DNA from: a virus
Lineage: Duplodnaviria > Caudoviricetes
Length of the DNA stretch: 25,676 nucleotides
Strand: one strand, 5' to 3'
Virus record (IMG/VR): IMGVR_UViG_3300048998_000137
Span: 1-25,676 of that record
The translations under genes and the position numbers were made by a program. A model generated the notes under the pieces. The model saw only the letters and a program-made list of their open reading frames with translations. It had not been told where the DNA came from and did no database searches. Position 1 is the first letter of the stretch, and every line of letters begins with the position of its first letter. This document shows, one piece after another, positions 1 through 6,100 of this stretch.

Positions 1-100
1 CACGGTGGGGTTCGGCGCCGACCGGATCGTGGTCGTCCCCACGGACGCCGCACCGCTCACCGAGTCCGGTTCGACCCTGCACCTACCCCCACCCGGTTAA
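1..100 (+). CDS. 3' end of a truncated hypothetical protein (...TVGFGADRIVVVPTDAAPLTESGSTLHLPPPG*)
   Basis: Frame starting at base 2 is open to TAA at 98-100, with GC-rich third codon positions and the same strand as the downstream operon. Confidence 0.5.
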   Translation, partial: TVGFGADRIVVVPTDAAPLTESGSTLHLPPPG

Positions 101-108
101 CGCGTTCC

Positions 109-131
109 GGGGTCAAAATCGTTTTGACCCC
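109..131. promoter_or_regulatory. 23-bp palindromic operator-like site, copy 1
   Basis: GGGGTCAAAA-TCG-TTTTGACCCC with perfect 10-bp arms; intergenic; matches copies at 151-173 and 2833-2855. Confidence 0.75.
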
Positions 132-150
132 GCCTGACCTGCGAAAACGT

Positions 151-173
151 GGGGTCAAGATCAACTTGACCCC
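151..173. promoter_or_regulatory. 23-bp palindromic operator-like site, copy 2
   Basis: GGGGTCAAG-ATCAA-CTTGACCCC, 28 bp upstream of the ATG at 202; centre lies 42 bp from the centre of copy 1. Confidence 0.75.
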
Positions 174-201
174 TACCGCGCCAGCGAGAGGAAGTGGCAG
201 C

Positions 202-714
202 ATGACTCAGCCCAGACACGCGGCCGAGCCCGAGGGGATCGGTGAACGGTTCGTCTCGACGTTCCCCCGCAAGGTGGCCAAGCACGTCACCGAGGACGAT
301 GAGTTCGTCGCCGGCCTGCAGCGGTGGATCCGCGCGCTTGAGGCCCGCGCCATCGACAACCCGGAGACCCTCGTGCACGTCAAGGTGTTGCAGGACCGCC
401 TCGCCGAGGTGACCGACGTGGTGATCGCGGTCAACGCCGAGCGCCACGCGATGAACCCCATGATGGGGATCTCGATGGCCGAGTGCGGCCGGATCCTCGG
501 CTGGAAGTCGAAGCAGGTTGCCAGCTATCACCGGGCTAAGGGCGTCGCCGTCATCGCCGAACGGCTCAAGGCAGCCGGCGCGGTGCCGCTCAACCGCAAG
601 GGCACCGGCCCGATCTACTCCTCCGAGGCCCGCCGCGAGCGCGATGCCCGGGAGGCCGCAACCGCCCAGGCTACTGACGACCTGGCGGCATGGCGCGCCC
701 GGAAGTCGGCGTGA
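202..714 (+). CDS. Putative helix-turn-helix DNA-binding protein
   Basis: ATG at 202 with SD GAGAGGA (preferred over TTG at 124, which lies inside the palindrome). ISMAECGRILGWKSKQVASYH resembles an HTH (S-x-A-E-x-G-x-x-L-G-x-x-S-K-Q) preceded by a helical region. Confidence 0.65.
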   Translation: MTQPRHAAEPEGIGERFVSTFPRKVAKHVTEDDEFVAGLQRWIRALEARAIDNPETLVHVKVLQDRLAEVTDVVIAVNAERHAMNPMMGISMAECGRILGWKSKQVASYHRAKGVAVIAERLKAAGAVPLNRKGTGPIYSSEARRERDAREAATAQATDDLAAWRARKSA

Positions 715-1091
715 CGCTCTCGGCCCCTCACCGAGAGCGCGACGCGCGACTGATCGCGATGCCCGACAACTTCCTCGACTGCCGTCAGGATCGTCATGCT
801 CTGCTCGGGCAGAGTGATGTGCAGCGGTGGCGCTACCGCGACGCCGACGTCATCGAGCGTCGCGTCGCGTGCGCCCGCTGCGGGTCGGTGCAGATCCGTC
901 AGGTAGTGGAGTCCTCGCGCCAGTTCGAAGCGGGCAGTCTCTACAAGCCGACCACCTATGAGTACGTGACCGGCTACCTCAACCCGATGCCGGGCACCGG
1001 GCGGATCCCGAACAACGCGGTCCGCTTGGAAGCCGCGCGTCGGTTCCTCGACCGCAACCCTCTGCCCATCCGACGACGGGAGTTGTCATGA
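711..1091 (+). CDS. Hypothetical phage protein with probable Zn-binding motif
   Basis: GTGA start/stop overlap with the upstream gene; CRQDRH...CARCG motif; ATGA overlap with the next gene. Confidence 0.7.
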   Translation: MTLSAPHRERDARLIAMPDNFLDCRQDRHALLGQSDVQRWRYRDADVIERRVACARCGSVQIRQVVESSRQFEAGSLYKPTTYEYVTGYLNPMPGTGRIPNNAVRLEAARRFLDRNPLPIRRRELS

Positions 1092-1279
1092 CCGCGGCCC
1101 GCCCGTACCCGGTGACGGTACCGGCGGCCGCGGTGGTCGCCCCGGGATCGCACGTGGTCGTGATGTGTGGCGCCCCGGGGTGCGTGACCAAGATCGTCGT
1201 GGGGTCCGGGGCCGGCCTGCAATACATCGTCGACACGATGACCGCCCACTACTCACGACACCATCCGGAGCCGACATGA
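1088..1279 (+). CDS. Small hypothetical protein with C2H2-like motif
   Basis: ATGA overlaps at both ends; CGAPGC...HYSRHH. Confidence 0.65.
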   Translation: MTAARPYPVTVPAAAVVAPGSHVVVMCGAPGCVTKIVVGSGAGLQYIVDTMTAHYSRHHPEPT

Positions 1280-1662
1280 CCCGCACCACCAAGATCGTCG
1301 CGCTCGCCGTCGGTGCGCTGTTGGCGCTGACCGCGTGCACGAGTGACGCCGACGTCGTGTCGTCGAACCTGTCCAAGGATGCCGACAACTTCAAGATCGT
1401 GCGCCGGGTGATCTTCTACAACGGGGTCACCGGCGACTACATCCTGACCATCGAGGGCCGGTGCTCGGTCGACACGACGGACACGAACAAGCTGGCGGTC
1501 ACCTGCAAGACGGGCGACGACGCCTACAAGAAGCATTTCCTCGGGCTGTCGGACAACGTGACGTGGTTCGCCGAGCAGATCGACGGGGCGAACGTGAGCG
1601 CCAACCACTACAAGGTGGTGTTCAAACCGTCGACGATCATCCCGGACCCCGAGGTTCGGTAA
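1276..1662 (+). CDS. Phage lipoprotein (resembles the widespread mycobacteriophage L5/D29 gp64-like family)
   Basis: SD GGAG plus ATGA overlap; signal peptide MTRTTK-hydrophobic-LTAC lipobox; recognisable family motifs SDADVVSSNLSKDADNF, RRVIFYNGVT, IEGRCS, YKKHFLGLSDNVTWFAEQ. Confidence 0.85.
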   Translation: MTRTTKIVALAVGALLALTACTSDADVVSSNLSKDADNFKIVRRVIFYNGVTGDYILTIEGRCSVDTTDTNKLAVTCKTGDDAYKKHFLGLSDNVTWFAEQIDGANVSANHYKVVFKPSTIIPDPEVR

Positions 1663-1681
1663 GCCTGTCCTAACGCGAAAG

Positions 1682-1720
1682 AACGCCCCCGCGTCCCAGG
1701 GAAGAGGGCGCGGGGGCGTT
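1682..1720. terminator. Probable bidirectional intrinsic terminator between convergent genes
   Basis: AACGCCCCCGCG...CGCGGGGGCGTT stem between the stops at 1662 (+) and 1735 (-); U-rich tail on the minus strand. Confidence 0.8.
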
Positions 1721-1734
1721 TGCGTGCACGGTGG

Positions 1735-2100
1735 TCAGTCGTCGGCGCCGACGCCAACGGACACGTCACCGGTACCGGACGGGTCGACCGAGGTGGCCGG
1801 CGCGATGAACACGCCGAGTGCGCCGATGGCCACGATCACGAGCGTGGTCACGTCGGTCTGGGTGAAGTCGCCCAGTGCGATGGTGGCCAGCGCCTGCAGC
1901 ACGGCGAGCAGAACGGCGACCGCGGTCTTTACCCACTTGTACTGGGCCGTGATCGGGACCAGCCAGACACCGACAGCGGTGGCTACGGCAATGCCGATCT
2001 GCACCCACTCGGAATCGCTGACGTGGTTGTCGCCACCCAGCGCCGCGCGTAGTGCAATGACCGCCGCGTAGACGACGGCGACGATAGCCTTTCCGTACAT
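1735..2100 (-). CDS. Putative holin (4 TM, internally duplicated)
   Basis: Four hydrophobic segments in two similar halves (KAIVAVV...SEWVQIGIAVATAVGVWLVP and KTAVAVL...TDVTTLVIVAIGALGVFIAP); SD GGGGTGA; at the distal end of the lysis region. Confidence 0.7.
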   Translation of the reverse strand: MYGKAIVAVVYAAVIALRAALGGDNHVSDSEWVQIGIAVATAVGVWLVPITAQYKWVKTAVAVLLAVLQALATIALGDFTQTDVTTLVIVAIGALGVFIAPATSVDPSGTGDVSVGVGADD

Positions 2101-2151
2101 GACTCACCCCGTTCAGTTGACAGATGATTTGTTCACGAGAGGAAATCCACG

Positions 2152-2502
2152 GTGGCAACACAGGTGACCACGACGGTGATCGACGATCTCGACGGTTCGG
2201 AGGCGGCGGAGATCGTGCGGTTCGCTTTCGACGGCGTTGACTACACGATCGACCTGTCGGAGAGGAACACGACCAAGATGCGCAAGGCACTCGACCCGTT
2301 CATCACCGCGGCGATGCGCACCAATGCCGGCGGGCGGGCCACTCGCAAGGTCACGCAGGTGCCGATGTCCGCCGACGGGGCGGCCGAGCGCGCGGCGATC
2401 CGCGGCTGGGCGCGTAAGTCGAAACGGTTCCCGACCTTGACGGCCCGGGGCAAGATCCCTGCCGAGGTCGTCGAGGCGTACCGCGCAGCGCACGGGGAGT
2501 AG
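2152..2502 (+). CDS. lsr2: Lsr2 family nucleoid-associated protein / xenogeneic silencer
   Basis: N-terminal oligomerisation motif IDDLDGSEA..VRFAFDGVDYTIDLS..N; C-terminal AIRGWAR...RGKIPAEVVEAY DNA-binding domain; SD GAGAGGA before GTG. Confidence 0.95.
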   Translation: MATQVTTTVIDDLDGSEAAEIVRFAFDGVDYTIDLSERNTTKMRKALDPFITAAMRTNAGGRATRKVTQVPMSADGAAERAAIRGWARKSKRFPTLTARGKIPAEVVEAYRAAHGE

Positions 2503-2508
2503 GACATG

Positions 2509-2548
2509 ACACGGCCCCGCCTGGATGGACGATAAGGCGGGGCCGTGT
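2509..2548. terminator. Hairpin/terminator between convergent lsr2 and DUF397 genes
   Basis: Perfect 14-bp inverted repeat ACACGGCCCCGCCT / AGGCGGGGCCGTGT with a 12-nt loop. Confidence 0.75.
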
Positions 2549-2559
2549 GTACGCGCAGC

Positions 2560-2808
2560 CTACTCGATGACGGTCAGCGCTTCGGGGTCGAACTCGCCGG
2601 CGCGGGCGCCGTTCAGGAACGCCGCCCACTCATCGCCGGTGAAGATCAACCAGCCGGTGCGGTCGGTGTCGCCGGCGCGGCGGATCGCGAACAGGCCGTA
2701 GCCCATCCGGGCGACCTCGACGCAGGCGCCGCCGGAACAGAACGTCGAGCGCTTCCAGACCGGTGAGCCCGGCGAGGGCTCGATGCGGATGCGAGGGTCC
2801 AGGTACAT
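2560..2808 (-). CDS. DUF397 domain protein (solo)
   Basis: WKRSTFCSGGACVEVA...LIFTGDEWAAFLNGARAGEFD matches the DUF397 signature. ATG at 2808 is well spaced from GGAAGG; GTG at 2817 is an alternative start. Confidence 0.9.
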   Translation of the reverse strand: MYLDPRIRIEPSPGSPVWKRSTFCSGGACVEVARMGYGLFAIRRAGDTDRTGWLIFTGDEWAAFLNGARAGEFDPEALTVIE

Positions 2809-2832
2809 GGGCGACACCTTCCCGTGCGAGCA

Positions 2833-2855
2833 GGGGTCAAGATCATCTTGACCCC
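2833..2855. promoter_or_regulatory. 23-bp palindromic operator-like site, copy 3
   Basis: GGGGTCAAGAT-C-ATCTTGACCCC, a perfect palindrome in the short gap directly upstream of the DUF397 gene. Confidence 0.75.
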
Positions 2856-2868
2856 TTACCTCAGGGTC

Positions 2869-3219
2869 TCATCCGCAGGTCTCCGACGGCGGCGCCGGGA
2901 CCGGATTGCGGGCGCGTTGCGCGTCGGCCTCGCCCCGGCTCACGTTGTACGCACGGATCGCCGGGATGGCATCCTGCGGGCGGTCGGCGATCGCGCCGAG
3001 CAGCCGATCGAGCGCAAGCCGGTCGACGGCGGCGGCTTCGGCCCGAGCGCGCTGGCTGATGTTGGACGCCTCGTTGTAGTGCGCCTGACAGGTGGTCATC
3101 TCGTACTGGCGGGCACCGATCAGGACCGAGGCGACCAGGGCGAGAAACGCCATCGTCTTCCAGATCACATCCGCGGCGCGACTGTCCAGCCATGCGACGG
3201 CGCGGGCGTAGATGGTCAT
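2869..3219 (-). CDS. Lysis-cassette membrane protein (1 TM plus helical extracytoplasmic domain bracketed by two Cys)
   Basis: TM segment TMAFLALVASVLIGA, then CQAHYN...RARNPVPAPPSETC; SD GAGAGG; downstream of the endolysin. Confidence 0.75.
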   Translation of the reverse strand: MTIYARAVAWLDSRAADVIWKTMAFLALVASVLIGARQYEMTTCQAHYNEASNISQRARAEAAAVDRLALDRLLGAIADRPQDAIPAIRAYNVSRGEADAQRARNPVPAPPSETCG

Positions 3220-3335
3220 CGCCGGTTGTCCTCTCGGTGACGGAACAGGTAGTTGACAGCGGCACCAATGCCACTCCAGACCACGAGCGACGCGGCGGCC
3301 GTGACGAAGTAGAGATCACTGCCGGTCAATTTCAT
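3216..3335 (-). CDS. Small single-TM protein (39 aa)
   Basis: MKLTGSDLYFVTAAASLVVWSGIGAAVNYLFRHREDNRR; stop overlaps the next start (ATGA) and the ORF fills a gap; SD spacing is poor. Confidence 0.45.
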   Translation of the reverse strand: MKLTGSDLYFVTAAASLVVWSGIGAAVNYLFRHREDNRR

Positions 3336-3516
3336 CCTCTCGACGTTGGCGCTCCCGGCGCCCGGTCCCCGGTGGGGACAGCGCCAGGACCAGCCCGGCC
3401 GGGATGCCGAGCATGATCGCGTCGGGCAGTTCATGACTGGCGAGGCGGACGACCACAACGGCGAGCCACCCGCCGAGACCGACGATCATGACCAAGTTCT
3501 TGAGCCACTGCGGCAT
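3316..3516 (-). CDS. Small 2-TM membrane protein (holin/antiholin-like)
   Basis: MPQWLKNLVMIVGLGGWLAVVVV...IMLGIPAGLVLAL followed by a charged tail; first gene after the endolysin. Confidence 0.7.
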   Translation of the reverse strand: MPQWLKNLVMIVGLGGWLAVVVVRLASHELPDAIMLGIPAGLVLALSPPGTGRRERQRREDEIDRQ

Positions 3517-3581
3517 CGAGAGCCCCCGGTTTTCTGCGTGCAAGGGTCGATGATCCGGAGGGCAGAGCGGCGGCACCGGGC

Positions 3582-4298
3582 TTACGGGGTACGGCCGGCG
3601 AGGCCGTCACGCACGCCGGCGGCGACGGCCGCCTGAATCTCCGCGGCGGTCAGTGGTGGCCCTGACTTGAGCGTGGCGACCAACGCCGCCTCACGGACCG
3701 CGGCGGCCGTACCGACGGCGCCGATCAGCGCGGCGCGCGCGGCGGCGATCACCTTGGCGAGACCGCTCTTGGGGTTGGACAGGTCGGCGTACAGCTTGTT
3801 CGCGACGCCCTGGGCGATCTCATCGACGGTCGGCATGTTGACTTCGTCCAATCGGTAATCGAAAGTCGTGTTGCTGTCGGCGGCCTGTGACCACGCGCCC
3901 TCGAAATGGATGTGCTCGGTGTGCGGACTCGACCCGGTGTAGGTGACCGGGGCGAACCCGTTGCGCATGTGGTAGATCAGGTGGTTGTAGATCATGAAAC
4001 GCAGCACCCCGGACAAGCCGGGCAGCGCGCGGACGTGGTCGACCACCTGCTGCGCGGTGGCGCCGGCCTCACCCAGGTCGGAATCCATGTCCCACGCCCG
4101 AACCTCGGGCTGCGCGTCGGGGTCACCGTTCCAGGTGGCCTTGGACCCGGGGGTGTCATCCGGGTTGTGGCCGGACACCCGGGCCTGATGCGCGACGTCG
4201 CCGATGGTGCCGTCGCTGGTGCGATCCCGGTTCGGGAAGCGGGCGTCCACCTGGGTACGCAGGTTGGCGAGCCCCGCGGTGAGGATCCAGGCGGCCAT
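3582..4298 (-). CDS. Endolysin, putative Zn peptidase (M15-like)
   Basis: TGATG overlap with the upstream gene gives the start MAAWILTAG. Motifs SDGTIGD.AH...SGHNPD, VRAWDMD and YTGSSPHTEHIHF (HxH) are typical of actinophage lysins; position follows the tail genes. Confidence 0.8.
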   Translation of the reverse strand: MAAWILTAGLANLRTQVDARFPNRDRTSDGTIGDVAHQARVSGHNPDDTPGSKATWNGDPDAQPEVRAWDMDSDLGEAGATAQQVVDHVRALPGLSGVLRFMIYNHLIYHMRNGFAPVTYTGSSPHTEHIHFEGAWSQAADSNTTFDYRLDEVNMPTVDEIAQGVANKLYADLSNPKSGLAKVIAAARAALIGAVGTAAAVREAALVATLKSGPPLTAAEIQAAVAAGVRDGLAGRTP

Positions 4299-4804
4299 CA
4301 CGCCACCCGGCGCAGCGACATGAACGAATCGAACAGCATCGACGTACCGGAGGCGTTGGAGACCCCCTGGGCCCACTGCAGTTTGAACACGCCCGCGGTG
4401 GCGGCCATGGTGACGAGACCTTCGATGATGGCCGGGGAGGTGGTGCCGCCGAGGCCGCCGTACGTCACGGTGGAGCCGATGCCGAACGTGCCTACCAGGT
4501 CGTCGGAGAACGAGGCGCCCGCGGTGACGATGCCGTTGGTGACGTAGTTGAACGAACAGCCGGCCGGGCCGACGAACGACGTGGCGACGTCGACGGTGGT
4601 CTGACTGGCCATCCGCAGCAGGATCGTCGCGTGGTAGGTGGCGTTGGCCGGCAGGGTCAGCTTGAGGTCGGCGTCATCATGCAACGACGTCGAGGACGAG
4701 ATGTTCTCGGTGATCGCCTTGCGGGCGAACATGGTATTGACGAACCAGGTGTTGACCTCGTCCGCGGTCGGGACGTCGCCGGTGGAATAGACCGGGATGG
4801 CCAC
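4298..4804 (-). CDS. Minor tail protein / compact receptor-binding candidate
   Basis: N-terminal YSTGDVPTADEVN anchor-like motif followed by a beta-rich domain (FKLQWAQ); last tail gene; SD GAGGAG. Confidence 0.65.
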   Translation of the reverse strand: MAIPVYSTGDVPTADEVNTWFVNTMFARKAITENISSSTSLHDDADLKLTLPANATYHATILLRMASQTTVDVATSFVGPAGCSFNYVTNGIVTAGASFSDDLVGTFGIGSTVTYGGLGGTTSPAIIEGLVTMAATAGVFKLQWAQGVSNASGTSMLFDSFMSLRRVA

Positions 4805-4816
4805 GGGGGTCTCCTC

Positions 4817-6100
4817 TCAGAAGGACAGCGCGTTGAGACCGACACGGCCGAGGACCGGATCGCCGATCGTGAAGAACGCGTACTTTTCGGCGGCCTGCAA
4901 CTGGAACGTGGTGGTGAATCTCTCGCCGTCGCTGGCGTACTCGATGCCGCGCACGAAACAGTCCTGCTCGATGGGGTCGCCCCCGCCGACCGGACGCCGG
5001 ATCACCGTGACGCGGTCGCCGAGTTCGCGATCGAGCAGTTGCGGCCACGCGATGTCGGCGGCGTCCGGTCGGGGCACCACGAACGACACCGATTGGAACC
5101 GCAGCTCCGGGTCTTTGTTCTGGTAGAGAATCGCCTTGGCGTAGTCGAGGGCCTCGGCGTCGGTACGCAGCAACAGGTCGGTCCGGTTGTACGTCTTGGT
5201 CAGGTACCGCGATACCGAGGTCGCATCGACCGCGGTCTGCGGGATGCCGCCGACGTTGCCGATGGTCACCGTGTTGGCCTGCGCGGTGTCATCCATGTCG
5301 ACCGGGGCGGCCGCGTACGGTGTCTCCCCGTTGGCGATACCGGCGTCGCCGAACGTGGCCTGCGATGTCGTCGAGCGGGTCCGCTCCAGCACCGCGTGCC
5401 GGTTGCGGAACACGACGTCACCGTGCACGTCGACGTACAGCTCACCCATCTCGGAGTCCTGCACAAGCTGCAGCTCGGACAGCACGTTGCCTTCGAGGGT
5501 GGTGGCCTGCAGCCGGGAGTCGCCGGTGTTGAACGTGCGGTCGCCGTTGGGCCAGCCGGCCGAGTCGAGCACCCGCAGGAACCGCGCCGACGACAGTTCG
5601 TTGAGCCCCTGCGACACCGAGGCGACCCGGTCGATCGAGGCGAACACCTTGAATGCGTCGGTCGCGGTGAGCGTCACGGTCGACCACGTGGGGCTGTTGT
5701 TGTCCGGCACCCACCGGTCGGCGAACCCGGTGATCAGGTGGTGAGCGTCGTTCCAGATTCCCGTGATTCGTACCCGGACCATCGGGGTCAACTGGGTCAC
5801 GCCGCCCGCCGTGTACGGACCGACCAGGTTGGTCGGGTCGAACCGCCGGTCGCTGTTGTTGAGCTCGATCGACATGGTGCCGGCCTCGTAGCGCAGGCCG
5901 AGGCCCGCCCGGGACACCCCGCGGCGCAGCGACCAGGACCGGACCCACTGGGTGATGTCGTCCCAGATGTCATCCGAGCCGATCGCCGCGGTGCCGAGCA
6001 TCCCCCGGTCCGGGTCGCCGATCACCCAGTACGGCGGCTCCACCGACGGCCCGGTGAGGCCGATCTCGATGCGCATCTGCGGCAGTGCGGTCAGCGACAT
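4817..6100 (-). CDS. Minor tail protein (tail tip / hub)
   Basis: Immediately downstream of the tape measure gene (TGATG overlap); WDDITQWVRS..LRRG, LNNSDRRFDP, GELYVDVHGDVVFRNR and ELGDRVTV are siphophage tail-tip motifs. Confidence 0.8.
   Translation of the reverse strand: MSLTALPQMRIEIGLTGPSVEPPYWVIGDPDRGMLGTAAIGSDDIWDDITQWVRSWSLRRGVSRAGLGLRYEAGTMSIELNNSDRRFDPTNLVGPYTAGGVTQLTPMVRVRITGIWNDAHHLITGFADRWVPDNNSPTWSTVTLTATDAFKVFASIDRVASVSQGLNELSSARFLRVLDSAGWPNGDRTFNTGDSRLQATTLEGNVLSELQLVQDSEMGELYVDVHGDVVFRNRHAVLERTRSTTSQATFGDAGIANGETPYAAAPVDMDDTAQANTVTIGNVGGIPQTAVDATSVSRYLTKTYNRTDLLLRTDAEALDYAKAILYQNKDPELRFQSVSFVVPRPDAADIAWPQLLDRELGDRVTVIRRPVGGGDPIEQDCFVRGIEYASDGERFTTTFQLQAAEKYAFFTIGDPVLGRVGLNALSF

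Noticed and set aside
124-201. N-terminal extension of the HTH gene from TTG at 124
   Set aside because: The TTG lies within palindrome 1 and has no SD, whereas ATG 202 has a good SD
1276-1662. Recombination directionality factor label that I recall being attached to this family in some annotations
   Set aside because: A clear signal peptide and lipobox (LTAC) indicate an exported lipoprotein, incompatible with a DNA-binding RDF
2560-2808. Complete XRE-DUF397 toxin-antitoxin-like pair
   Set aside because: No adjacent XRE/DUF5753-type gene; the neighbours are lsr2 and a membrane protein
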